Below, in pieces: positions 53,713 through 62,756 of a DNA stretch of 64,000 nt. Below the pieces are notes generated by a model. It was given only the letters and a program-made list of their open reading frames with translations, did not search any database and was not told the origin of the DNA. The stretch lies in contig JAIETW010000002.1 in assembly GCA_019744845.1 (NCBI GenBank), positions 69,759-133,758 of the forward strand, written 5' to 3'. Made by a program: the position numbers and the translations under genes. Position 1 is the stretch's first letter; the number at the start of each line of letters is the position of its first letter. The DNA is from Patescibacteria group bacterium (GTDB lineage Bacteria; Patescibacteriota; Minisyncoccia; Phycocordibacterales; Phycocordibacteraceae).

Positions 53713-53746
53713 GGTGGTTCCAACATCGTCCAGAGACAGCCAGCAC
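53713..53746 (+). repeat. Intergenic repeat copy C (GGTGGTTCCAACATCGTCCAGAGACAGCCAGCAC) lying between convergent gene ends
   Basis: Same element. No plus-strand gene of 60 aa or more follows it; the region encodes the C-terminus of the minus-strand channel gene. Confidence 0.7.
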
Positions 53747-53751
53747 GTATT

Positions 53752-54462
53752 TCAATTCTCTCGCTTTGTGCCAATAAGCACTTTGCGAAGGAGGGGGCTC
53801 ATGAGTCCAACCAGTAAACCAAGCAACAAAAGCCCCACAAAACGTCCCAATATCATAACGGCTTTTCCCGCTTCGGTTGCAGGCTCGGAATACGGCACGT
53901 CTCCAAGAATGATCAGAAGCGACCAGAACATGCCAGACGGTATGTCGTGTGCACTTGATCCAGCACCCTCGAATATATAGAGCAAGGTGCCTAGCAACAA
54001 AAGCGCTATGAGCATAGCGACAAAATAAATTTGAATATTCACGATATAGAGCGAACGTTCTCCGTGATGCTGTTCTATTCTGGCAACCTTTGCGAGCCGT
54101 ATCATCCTTAGGAGGCGAAGAATACGGAGTGCGCGTGTCGTTTTAAGAAACGTAAAGTTCCCAAGCGCAAGGAGTGAAGGAAGAATAGCCAACAAGTCTA
54201 TAATGCCGAAGAAGCTGAAGATGTATCGGAACTTGGCACGTGCGATATAGACACGCGCACCATATTCCGTAAGAAAACATACGACACTTATCCATTCAAT
54301 TGCTTTGAAGATTGCATGATACTCACTCAGTGACGGCACTGTCTCAAGAACAAGGGCAAGAACGGAGGCGATTGTGAGAAACGCCAGAAAGTCGTTAACG
54401 ATGATGAAAAGTCGTGATTGTGGATTTTCAAGTGCGTTGCGAAGTGCGTTCCCAGAGTTCAT
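53752..54462 (-). CDS. Voltage-gated ion channel family protein (single 6-TM-like unit, S4-type voltage sensor)
   Basis: S4-like RALRILRLLRMIRLAKVAR with Arg at every third position, preceded by ~3 TM helices and followed by a pore-like segment and TM (SLLIILGDVPYSE). Confidence 0.7.
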   Translation of the reverse strand: MNSGNALRNALENPQSRLFIIVNDFLAFLTIASVLALVLETVPSLSEYHAIFKAIEWISVVCFLTEYGARVYIARAKFRYIFSFFGIIDLLAILPSLLALGNFTFLKTTRALRILRLLRMIRLAKVARIEQHHGERSLYIVNIQIYFVAMLIALLLLGTLLYIFEGAGSSAHDIPSGMFWSLLIILGDVPYSEPATEAGKAVMILGRFVGLLLLGLLVGLMSPLLRKVLIGTKREN

Positions 54463-54533
54463 ATGGTAGATAAACTATAACACTTGCCGCTATGTGGAGA
54501 GACAGTCTGTAAGTTGGTTGTATACTGTTCTCT

Positions 54534-54851
54534 ATGTCTGAAGATCTAAAACAGTCAGGTGAAGCCCTTCCCAAGGAGCTTCAAAATCTTATTACCACAT
54601 ACGAGGGAGCCTCAGAAGATCGTTGGATTGAATGGTCCAAAGAGTGGGATCTAGAAACCACTCGCCTTATCAGAAATACGGCCGTCGCCGTGCTGCAGCT
54701 TGGGGAAGAGAGCAGAAAAGCAAAACGCAAAGAGGGCATTGACCTTCATAACGATGGATCTCCAGAGTCTGCACTTACCGCTCCTCTGTTCTTTATTTCT
54801 GAAGCCGCATTGAAGCGCATTGAGTCGGGCCTCAACCAAGTCATCACCTAA
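54534..54851 (+). CDS. Hypothetical protein (105 aa)
   Basis: ORF only. Confidence 0.4.
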   Translation: MSEDLKQSGEALPKELQNLITTYEGASEDRWIEWSKEWDLETTRLIRNTAVAVLQLGEESRKAKRKEGIDLHNDGSPESALTAPLFFISEAALKRIESGLNQVIT

Positions 54852-54882
54852 GACTGCGTCGGTAGGGTATAATTTTGAGTAA

Positions 54883-57072
54883 ATGTTGAAGCGACTAGAA
54901 ATCGCCGGATTCAAATCATTCGCGAAGAAAACTTCGCTTGATTTCTCGTCGTCGGTAACCGCAATTGTGGGCCCAAACGGTTCTGGTAAATCAAACGTCG
55001 CTGAAGCCTTTCGTTTTGCACTTGGTGAGCAGTCTATGAAAAGCATGCGTGGAAAGCGCAGTGAGGATCTTATCTGGAGCGGGTCTAACACCTCTCCTCG
55101 TTCTAACCGCGCGTCTGTTGCGGTGGTGTTTGATAACCGAAAGAAGATTTTCCCAAAGATGGAGTTTGATGAGGTGTCTATTGAGCGCGCCGTATTCCGC
55201 GATGGTGCGAGCGAATATTCAGTGAACGGATCTAAAGTACGCCTTCGTGATGTGCAGGAACTCCTTGCAAGCGCCAACATTGGTGACACGGGGCACCACA
55301 TCATTTCGCAAGGAGAAGCAGATCGTATTCTTCTCTCTGCACCTCGCGAACGTCGTGCCATGCTTGAGGATGCACTTGGTCTTCGTGTCTTTGAATTTAA
55401 GAAACAAGAGGCAGAGAAGAAGCTTGAGAAGACGGAAGAGAATGTAAAGCAAGTGGAGGCACTTCGTCGGGAGATTCTTCCGCATATTAAATTCCTTTCA
55501 AAGCAGGTGGAGAAGCTGGAGCGTGCAGAAGAACTCATTAAAGAGCTCACCGCTGCCGCGCGTGAATACTTTGCAATAGAAGAGCTCTACATTCGCTCAG
55601 AGAAAGCGACGTCTACCACGCGTCTTAAAGATGCGACAGAGCGTCTTGCAACTGTGTCTGCAGAACTCGCACCACTCCAAGACCGTGCCGCTATGGATTC
55701 TGAGGGAATGAAGCGTGCAGAAGCCGTACGGAATGCTGAGCGTGAGCTTGATCGTGCACTTGGGGAACACGCCACACTGTCTCGTGAGATTGGACGCATA
55801 GAGGGTGCACTTGAAGGAGCACGTAAGCGCGCAGACGCTGCTGCGCAAGAGCCATACGTGAAGGTATCTCGTGAAGACCTGTCTGCATTGAAGAGTGAAG
55901 TAGAGGCACAGACACGCATTGGAGATGGGAGCCCTGAAGCGATTCGTGCTGCCTTCATGGCCATTAAGTCTGCCCTCACAGCGTTCTTTGACCGCTTTGC
56001 AGGAGGAAGTGAGCGAATGGCGGAAGAAGAGCGTGAAGTGTATGCGCTAGAAGAAGAGAGGAAGAATCTCGTGGCGCGTGAAGAAGAACTTGCTGCTGCG
56101 TCTGAGAAAGCTCGCCACGCGCTCGTTCGTGCACGTGAAGAGTCTGCTGCGCACGAGGAGACCGGACGTGAGAATCAGTATCGTGTGCTTGATATGGCAG
56201 AAGCTAAAGCACGGGAGGAAGCAACGGTCGCTCGAGAAGAGGGTCGCCAGCGTGAACTCGCTATGCTTGCAGAAGAGCTTGAGCGTGACCGTGCGGAAGT
56301 CATGGCGCTTGCAGGCACTGCGGCACTTTCATACGCGCCCCTGTCTTCACTTCCAGAGGAAGAACGTCGTGTGCAGGAAGATCGTAAGCGCAGTATGGAG
56401 CGTCTTAAGATTCGCGTAGAAGAAGCGGGAGGAACCGGAGAGGACGTGCGTGCTGAATACAATGACGCGACTGAACGTGAGCAGTTCCTTACCCGTGAGC
56501 TTGAGGATCTTGCGAAGTCTGCCGAAGGACTCCGTGCTCTTATCAGTGATCTTGATGAGGAGCTTGGAAAGACTTTTGCGGAAGGGCTTGCCAAGGTGAA
56601 CGCATCGTTCACTGAATTCTTTGCAATTATGTTCGGAGGAGGAAGTGCACGTTTGATACTTGAAGAACCAGAGGAACCAGATGAGGAGGATGAAGAAGGA
56701 GTAGTACGCGAAGGGAAGCCAGGCATTGAAATTGCAGTGAATCTTCCAAAGAAGCGGGTGCAGGCACTCATGCAGCTTTCTGGAGGAGAGCGTGCCTTGA
56801 CCAGCATCGCGCTTATCTTTGCGATGAGTCAGGTGAATCCGCCCCCATTCCTTATTCTTGATGAAACGGATGCCGCACTTGATGAGGCGAACTCTCGCCG
56901 CTATGGCGACATGATTGAAGGACTGGCGAAGAAATCACAGCTCGTCGTCATTACCCACAATCGTGAGACCATGAGCCGTGCAGGTATACTCTACGGAGTC
57001 ACCATGGGAAATGATGGAATTAGTAAGTTGTTATCCGTTAAATTTGAAGAAGCGATGATGGTCGCTAAATAG
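54883..57072 (+). CDS. SMC-family chromosome-associated ATPase, unusually short and without an obvious hinge
   Basis: N-terminal AIVGPNGSGKSNVAEAFRFALGEQS (Walker A, SMC N-terminus), a long Ala/Glu/Arg coiled coil, a C-terminal signature LSGGERALTSIALIFAM, and Walker B ILDETDAALD. Confidence 0.8.
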   Translation: MLKRLEIAGFKSFAKKTSLDFSSSVTAIVGPNGSGKSNVAEAFRFALGEQSMKSMRGKRSEDLIWSGSNTSPRSNRASVAVVFDNRKKIFPKMEFDEVSIERAVFRDGASEYSVNGSKVRLRDVQELLASANIGDTGHHIISQGEADRILLSAPRERRAMLEDALGLRVFEFKKQEAEKKLEKTEENVKQVEALRREILPHIKFLSKQVEKLERAEELIKELTAAAREYFAIEELYIRSEKATSTTRLKDATERLATVSAELAPLQDRAAMDSEGMKRAEAVRNAERELDRALGEHATLSREIGRIEGALEGARKRADAAAQEPYVKVSREDLSALKSEVEAQTRIGDGSPEAIRAAFMAIKSALTAFFDRFAGGSERMAEEEREVYALEEERKNLVAREEELAAASEKARHALVRAREESAAHEETGRENQYRVLDMAEAKAREEATVAREEGRQRELAMLAEELERDRAEVMALAGTAALSYAPLSSLPEEERRVQEDRKRSMERLKIRVEEAGGTGEDVRAEYNDATEREQFLTRELEDLAKSAEGLRALISDLDEELGKTFAEGLAKVNASFTEFFAIMFGGGSARLILEEPEEPDEEDEEGVVREGKPGIEIAVNLPKKRVQALMQLSGGERALTSIALIFAMSQVNPPPFLILDETDAALDEANSRRYGDMIEGLAKKSQLVVITHNRETMSRAGILYGVTMGNDGISKLLSVKFEEAMMVAK

Positions 57073-57074
57073 GT

Positions 57075-57422
57075 ATGCCCCTACATACTGGAAGTTGTCA
57101 TTGTCAGAATGTGCGTTATGAGGTGGATATAGATCTGACGCAGCCAGTGATTGAGTGCAATTGCTCATACTGTGAGCCAAAAGGATTTCTTCTTTCATTT
57201 GTACCTGCAGCATCTTTCTCTGCACAAGGAGAGGAGAATCTTACCGAATATCGCTTTAATACTGAGAAGCTCCAGCATCTCTTTTGTAAGACCTGTGGCG
57301 TGCAGCCATTTTGTCGTGGTGAGGGTAAGGCTGGTCCTACGGTCGCGGTGAACGTCCGAACCATTGATGGCATAGAGCTTGGGAATCTGACCCGTCTCCC
57401 GTTTGATGGCAGGAGTGCCTAG
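57075..57422 (+). CDS. GFA-family (CENP-V/glutathione-dependent formaldehyde-activating-like) zinc protein
   Basis: CHCQNVRYEV ... CNCSYCEPKG ... CKTCGVQPF, matching the GFA C-x-C ... C-x-x-C pattern; 115 aa. Confidence 0.7.
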   Translation: MPLHTGSCHCQNVRYEVDIDLTQPVIECNCSYCEPKGFLLSFVPAASFSAQGEENLTEYRFNTEKLQHLFCKTCGVQPFCRGEGKAGPTVAVNVRTIDGIELGNLTRLPFDGRSA

Positions 57423-57470
57423 ATATCCCCAGGTCTAAATGGAATAACAGGCGTATGCTATATCCCAACC

Positions 57471-58697
57471 ATGGGAGCGTTTGATTACTACAAGTACTAC
57501 ACGGGCAAAGCGGCGGATCTTCTTGATCTGTCAGAGGGAGAGCGCATTAAACTTACGACCCCCGATCGTGTACTCAAAGCAGATCTCACCATTCCGCTTG
57601 ATGCCGGCGGGACGGCAACCTTTCCCGCATATCGCGTGCAGTTTAATAATGCGCGTGGTCCATACAAAGGCGGCATTCGTTTTCATACGAGCGCAGACGA
57701 GGATGAGGTGATGGCGCTGTCCGCAATGATGGCCATTAAGTGCGCCGTCGTTGATATTCCGTTTGGCGGAGGAAAGGGAGGAGTGAACGTAGACACGAAG
57801 AAACTTTCACAGAAGGAAATACATGAAGTGGCGCGTGCCTACGTGCGTGCATTCGGAGAACACTTTGGTCCTGATGTAGATGTGCCCGCACCCGACATGT
57901 ACACCAACCCAGAGATCATGGCCGTGATGCTTGATGAGTACGAGACACTTACGGGCACCAAGGCTCCTGCCTTCATCACGGGCAAACCACTAGATAAGGG
58001 AGGAAGCGTGGGACGCGACACCGCAACGGCTGATGGAGCAATCGCGGTATTGAAAGCACTTTTGAATGATCGTCACGTGTCTGCACATACACTTCGTGCT
58101 GCCATACAAGGAGCAGGAAACGCTGGAGCGCAGGCTGCAAAGCTGTTGTGTGACATGGGAACAAAAGTAGTTGCTATGTCTGACTCCAAGGGCACGCTTG
58201 CGGGAGATGAGGTTGATGTTGCAAAAGTATGCGACATCAAGGAAAAGGGAGGTTCAGTATGCGACGACATCAGTTGTGGTGGACAGAACGCACGCATTCT
58301 TTCTCCCGAAGCAGTTATTGAAGAAGAGGCGGAGATTCTCGTTCCTGCAGCGCTTGAAGATCAGATCCGAAAAGACAACGTAGACCGTGTGAAGGCGGGC
58401 ATAGTGCTTGAGATTGCGAACGGACCTACCACTCCAGAAGCGGATGACATTCTTGCGGCTCAGGGAGTTGCGGTGGTGCCTGACGTACTTGCAAACGCAG
58501 GGGGCGTCACCGTCTCATACTTTGAATGGCTTCAGAACAAGAGTGGCGAGACATGGACCAAGGATCAGGTATCTGATCGTCTGTCTGACACTATGCAGGA
58601 GGCATATCGTGATGTGGCTGACTTCGCACTTGATCGGGGCGTTTCTCTTCGTGAGGCAGCCTACGCACTCGCGCTTCTGCGCATTCTTGGGAAGTAG
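57471..58697 (+). CDS. Glu/Leu/Phe/Val dehydrogenase family protein (glutamate dehydrogenase-like)
   Basis: KCAVVDIPFGGGKGGVNVD catalytic-lysine region and a C-terminal Rossmann fold GAGNAG; 408 aa. Confidence 0.85.
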   Translation: MGAFDYYKYYTGKAADLLDLSEGERIKLTTPDRVLKADLTIPLDAGGTATFPAYRVQFNNARGPYKGGIRFHTSADEDEVMALSAMMAIKCAVVDIPFGGGKGGVNVDTKKLSQKEIHEVARAYVRAFGEHFGPDVDVPAPDMYTNPEIMAVMLDEYETLTGTKAPAFITGKPLDKGGSVGRDTATADGAIAVLKALLNDRHVSAHTLRAAIQGAGNAGAQAAKLLCDMGTKVVAMSDSKGTLAGDEVDVAKVCDIKEKGGSVCDDISCGGQNARILSPEAVIEEEAEILVPAALEDQIRKDNVDRVKAGIVLEIANGPTTPEADDILAAQGVAVVPDVLANAGGVTVSYFEWLQNKSGETWTKDQVSDRLSDTMQEAYRDVADFALDRGVSLREAAYALALLRILGK

Positions 58698-58699
58698 CG

Positions 58700-60673
58700 T
58701 TACGGCACTAACTCAAAATCTAGCTCGCGTTCCATCACGCGTGCCGCGATAAGTTTTACTTTAATAGGGTCACCAAGTGCGTACTCTTTCTTCGTGCGTT
58801 CACCGACAAGGCGGTAGCGCTTCTCATCATAGATATAGTAGTCGTTTCCAATCGCAGACACACGGACCATACCGTCGGCACGGGTCTCGTTTAGCTCTAC
58901 ATAGAGACCACGATCGGTGACACCTGAGATCACCCCCTCAAATTCTTCACCAATACGTCCTGCAAGGAATTCTACCTGCTTCATCTTCACGGAATCGCGT
59001 TCTGCTTCTGCGGCAGATACTTCGCGCTCAGATGAATGCACGGCAAGACGCTCAAAATCTTCCATCTCTTTCTTGGACACTGGATCACCCGTAACATAGT
59101 GCTTCAACATGCGGTGCACGAGTACGTCAGGATAGCGACGAATAGGGGAGGTGAAGTGGGTGTAGTGATCAAAGGCAAGACCGAAGTGCCCGACGTTCTT
59201 TGTCGTATAGATCGCCTTAGACATGGAGCGAAGGGTTGCGGTCTTGATCAAGTATTCCTCTGGCTTACCCTTCACTTCACCCATAAGGCGATTCAAGTCC
59301 ACGCCGCGTACGCGACCATCAGGAGTGACGTTAAGGTCGTAGCCAAGCACCTTCAAGAACTGTGCAAGGTTTAGGATGCGCTCTGCATCCGGTGCATCGT
59401 GGATGCGGTAGACGGATGGCTGATTACCATTCTTCTTTCCAAGTGAAGACAATTCTTCAGCCACTGCGACGTTGGCAAGAAGCATAAAGTCTTCAATCAG
59501 AAGATTCGTCTCTTTGCGTTCCTTAAGACGAACGGCGATAGGCTTACCTTCCGCATCAAGCTCAATCTTTACTTCTGGAGTATCAAATTCAATCGCGCCC
59601 TTTGCGACACGGCGAACGCGAATCTTCTTTGCAAGATCACGGATGGTTGCAAGTTCTTCGTAGAGTGTGCCAGAACCGTTATCTAGTACCTCCTGTGCTT
59701 CTTCGTATGCAAAGCGCTTGTCAGAGTGTATGAGGGTTTCGCCAAACCAGCGATCTACCACATTACCCTCGGTATCAAGGGTGAAGACTGCTGCCATCGC
59801 GAGGCGATCTACATCTGGATTCAAAGAACAGAAGTTCGTAGAGAGCACATGGGGAAGCATGGGAATGGTGCGGTCCACGAGATAGACGGACGTGGCACGT
59901 GCGCGGGCCTCAGCATCAATGGTATTGCCTGGCTTTACGAAGAAGGAGACGTCTGCGATGTGTACCCCTACCTCAATCTTTCCATCAGGAAGCGTGCGTA
60001 CTGAAAGGGCATCGTCAAAGTCTTTGGCGTCTGCGGGGTCAATGGTGAAGGTGGTGATGAGACGGAAGTCACGGCGCGCCTGACTCTTCCGGTCCTCATT
60101 CCACGGAATCACGGTCTTCGTCTCTTCCGCAATCATTGCTTCACCAGTCTCTTCAAGCTTCTTGGCATCAGTAACGACACCAGGAGGGAATTCAGAGGAG
60201 AATCCCTGAGAGAGGGCAAGTGCACGCATCTCAGTTTCGTGTACGCCCGCGACCCCAATGTCTTCAATGACTTCACCAGAAGGGAACTCATTTCCTTGGC
60301 GCCAGCCGGTAAACTGGAGCACCACTTTGTGATCTAGGGGAAGAGACGCACCCGATGCTTCAAAGGGCACATACATCTTTTTCCAATCAGGAATAAGAAG
60401 GACGCGGCCACCATCCTGGACCAGTTTTCCTACAAAACGCTCGCGAGTACGAGAGACGACTTCTAGCACTTTTCCTGCGGCGCGCGCTTTGCGGGTGCGA
60501 GGATCAGCATATGCACCGGTGCGTACCACCTTCACAATATCGCCAGGGAAGGCCCCTCCAAGATCCTCTCCAGTGATGAAAAGGTCCTCCTTATCAGGGT
60601 CGTAGGCGAAGAATCCCTTACCCGTTCGGGTGATGGAAATGGGTCCTTCGTACACGGTGTCCTCTCGCTTCAT
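58700..60673 (-). CDS. rnr: Ribonuclease R (RNB family exoribonuclease)
   Basis: RNB domain IDPADAKDFDDALS, cold-shock-like N-terminal domains, and a C-terminal S1 domain. Confidence 0.9.
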   Translation of the reverse strand: MKREDTVYEGPISITRTGKGFFAYDPDKEDLFITGEDLGGAFPGDIVKVVRTGAYADPRTRKARAAGKVLEVVSRTRERFVGKLVQDGGRVLLIPDWKKMYVPFEASGASLPLDHKVVLQFTGWRQGNEFPSGEVIEDIGVAGVHETEMRALALSQGFSSEFPPGVVTDAKKLEETGEAMIAEETKTVIPWNEDRKSQARRDFRLITTFTIDPADAKDFDDALSVRTLPDGKIEVGVHIADVSFFVKPGNTIDAEARARATSVYLVDRTIPMLPHVLSTNFCSLNPDVDRLAMAAVFTLDTEGNVVDRWFGETLIHSDKRFAYEEAQEVLDNGSGTLYEELATIRDLAKKIRVRRVAKGAIEFDTPEVKIELDAEGKPIAVRLKERKETNLLIEDFMLLANVAVAEELSSLGKKNGNQPSVYRIHDAPDAERILNLAQFLKVLGYDLNVTPDGRVRGVDLNRLMGEVKGKPEEYLIKTATLRSMSKAIYTTKNVGHFGLAFDHYTHFTSPIRRYPDVLVHRMLKHYVTGDPVSKKEMEDFERLAVHSSEREVSAAEAERDSVKMKQVEFLAGRIGEEFEGVISGVTDRGLYVELNETRADGMVRVSAIGNDYYIYDEKRYRLVGERTKKEYALGDPIKVKLIAARVMERELDFELVP

Positions 60674-60736
60674 TAGTTAGTGCCACTTTAGCATCCTTTG
60701 ACTCTTAGTGCCTCATTTGCTAGTCTTCGTTAACTT

Positions 60737-61180
60737 ATGTTGATGATCCGCTTTCAGCGCATTGGCCGCAAGAACGACCCGTCGTTCCGTATGGTCGTAC
60801 TTGAGAAGGCTTCAGGCCCAAAGGCCGGGAGCAATGTAGAGGTAGTTGGTACCTATAACCCAAAGACCAAGCAGTTTGCTGCTGAGGGTGAGCGCATCCA
60901 GTACTGGATGAGCAAGGGTGCCCAGGTATCCCCATCTCTTATGAACCTTCTTATTGATAAGAAGATCGTAGAGGGTAAGAAGGTAAATGTTCTTCCAAAG
61001 AAGGCTCCTATCAAGAAGGATGAGCCTGAGGTAGCAGCTGCACCTGCAGCCGCCGCTCCTGCCGCAGAGGCTGCTCCAGAAGCAGAGGCAGTCGTAGAGG
61101 CTGCTATTGCTGAGGCAGAGCCAGCTGCAGAAGAGGTGGTCGCTGAGGCCCCAGCAGAAGAGGCTCCTGCAGCCGCGTAG
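60737..61180 (+). CDS. rpsP: 30S ribosomal protein S16 with Ala/Glu-rich C-terminal extension
   Basis: MLMIRFQRIGRKNDPSFRMVV N-terminus. Confidence 0.9.
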   Translation: MLMIRFQRIGRKNDPSFRMVVLEKASGPKAGSNVEVVGTYNPKTKQFAAEGERIQYWMSKGAQVSPSLMNLLIDKKIVEGKKVNVLPKKAPIKKDEPEVAAAPAAAAPAAEAAPEAEAVVEAAIAEAEPAAEEVVAEAPAEEAPAAA

Positions 61181-61247
61181 GTTCTTCATCACCGCTTCTT
61201 GCGGTGTGTGCTTCTATTAACTGAATATCCCGTAACGCTGACACTCT

Positions 61248-61559
61248 ATGGAACAAGATCACGCATTTCTTGAATACGTTGTTAAGGCTCTCGTTGATAA
61301 TCCTGATCAGGTAGAGATTTCTCGTACCGTTGATGAAATGGGTGTACTTCTTACACTCACCGTTGCTCCAGAAGACATGGGCAAGATTATTGGAAAGGAG
61401 GGAAATATTGCGAAGGCAATCCGCACCCTTCTTCGTGTCGTGGGTATGAAGCACAATGCCCGCGTGAATCTTAAGGTGAATGAACCAGTTGGCGGAAAGC
61501 GCGATGGCCGTCCTGAGGAAATGAAGAGCGTAGATCAGGTGGTTGAGGAGCTTGGGTAA
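61248..61559 (+). CDS. KH-domain RNA-binding protein (YlqC/UPF0109-like)
   Basis: GKIIGKEGNIAKAIRTLL, a GxxG KH motif, in the conserved position after rpsP. Confidence 0.8.
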   Translation: MEQDHAFLEYVVKALVDNPDQVEISRTVDEMGVLLTLTVAPEDMGKIIGKEGNIAKAIRTLLRVVGMKHNARVNLKVNEPVGGKRDGRPEEMKSVDQVVEELG

Positions 61560-62088
61560 GCTCTTCCAGGTATATACTGGTGCTATGAACTATCACAAAG
61601 GATTTGTGGCTGTATCGGCCCTTCTTATCGTGCTCGGCATTATTGTGGTTGGAGCTGTGGGATATGTGGCACTTAACCCAAACGTGATTCAGGCACCGAC
61701 TGAAGAGGCGGTAGAGGAAGAAAAGAAGGCGGAGACTGGATCCACAGTATCAGGAGATGCAGTTATCACATGGAAGTTTGTTGATACAGGAGAGAAAGAT
61801 TACATCCCATACACGCAGGTGTTCGTGACTGTCGGCACCAAGGTGTATGACATGGGGGAGTTCCAGGGATCATGTAGCGAAATCGGTGCGACTGGTGGCG
61901 TAGATGGGAAAGGACTTCTTGCCGGAGAGCTTTCCGCTGCACAGTGCTGGTTTGCCGGAGGAGGGGACGAGATCGGAGTCTTTGCGCACGAAGATGGTGG
62001 CTACGACATTATGGTCGGAACTCTTGAAGAGCCAATAGAAGGAAGTGCAGGATTCCGCGGGAACTTTGAGGTGAAGATCCCTATCTAA
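61543..62088 (+). CDS. Membrane-anchored hypothetical protein occupying the position normally held by rimM
   Basis: N-terminal TM (FVAVSALLIVLGIIVVGAVGYV). No PRC-barrel RimM features. Confidence 0.45.
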   Translation: MRSLGKLFQVYTGAMNYHKGFVAVSALLIVLGIIVVGAVGYVALNPNVIQAPTEEAVEEEKKAETGSTVSGDAVITWKFVDTGEKDYIPYTQVFVTVGTKVYDMGEFQGSCSEIGATGGVDGKGLLAGELSAAQCWFAGGGDEIGVFAHEDGGYDIMVGTLEEPIEGSAGFRGNFEVKIPI

Positions 62089-62093
62089 AAGCA

Positions 62094-62747
62094 ATGCTTT
62101 CGTTTCATCTCATTACGCTTTTCCCAGAGGCATGTGAAGCCTATCTTTCCGCGTCCATTCTCGGACGTGCACGAAAGAACAAGAAGATCGCGGTCGCGTA
62201 TCAGTCACCACGTGATTTTGTAGATAATAAATGGGGGAAGGTAGATGAGCGTCCATATGGTGGAGGTCCTGGCATGGTGATGACGGCGCTTCCGGTTGTG
62301 CGGGCAGTCAAGAAATCCTTGGGGCGCAAAAAGGGGAAGACCGCCATCATCTGGTTCTCTCCATCAGGAAAAGCATTTGATAACAAAGAAGCGGATGTAC
62401 TCACAAAGTTCAATAACGTGGTGCTTGTGTGTGGTCGCTACGAGGGGATTGATGAGAGGGCAAAGAAGATCATTAAGACCACGGGAACTCTTAAGACGTA
62501 CTCCGTCGGCAACGCCGTACTTACCGGAGGGGAAGTGCCTGCGCTCGCGATTGTGGATGCAGTCACGCGTCGTATTCCTGGAGTCTTGGGACGAGACGAG
62601 TCAGTGGAGGAGCGTCGTATTGCATCAAAGGAGGTGTACACCCGCCCAGAGACGATCGTATGGGAGAAGAAGAGCTACAAAGTTCCTTCGGTTCTTAAAA
62701 CCGGGCACCACGCAAAGATTGATGGTTGGAGGGGGAAGAAGCGGTAG
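62094..62747 (+). CDS. trmD: tRNA (guanine37-N1)-methyltransferase
   Basis: LITLFPE ... PYGGGPGMVM ... VCGRYEGIDER SPOUT/TrmD motifs. Confidence 0.9.
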   Translation: MLSFHLITLFPEACEAYLSASILGRARKNKKIAVAYQSPRDFVDNKWGKVDERPYGGGPGMVMTALPVVRAVKKSLGRKKGKTAIIWFSPSGKAFDNKEADVLTKFNNVVLVCGRYEGIDERAKKIIKTTGTLKTYSVGNAVLTGGEVPALAIVDAVTRRIPGVLGRDESVEERRIASKEVYTRPETIVWEKKSYKVPSVLKTGHHAKIDGWRGKKR

Positions 62748-62756
62748 AATATCTGT

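Noticed and set aside
52755-53746. Possibility that the 32-bp direct repeats form a CRISPR array
   Set aside because: There are only 3-4 copies, the 'spacers' are 500-600-bp protein-coding genes, the repeats lack CRISPR-like length and dyad features, and no cas genes are present.
53801-53980. 59-aa plus-strand ORF (MSPTSKPSNKSPTKRPN...) preceded by a strong SD-like GAAGGAGGGGG
   Set aside because: Overlaps the well-supported minus-strand voltage-sensor channel gene. The product is low-complexity. The GGAGG arises from the complement of Pro/Leu codons at the channel C-terminus.
54651-55550. 299-aa minus-strand ORF, and 56175-56807 210-aa minus-strand ORF
   Set aside because: Both antisense to the SMC-like gene. 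Arg/Ser-rich translations arise from the complement of GAA/GAG/GCG-rich coiled-coil coding sequence.
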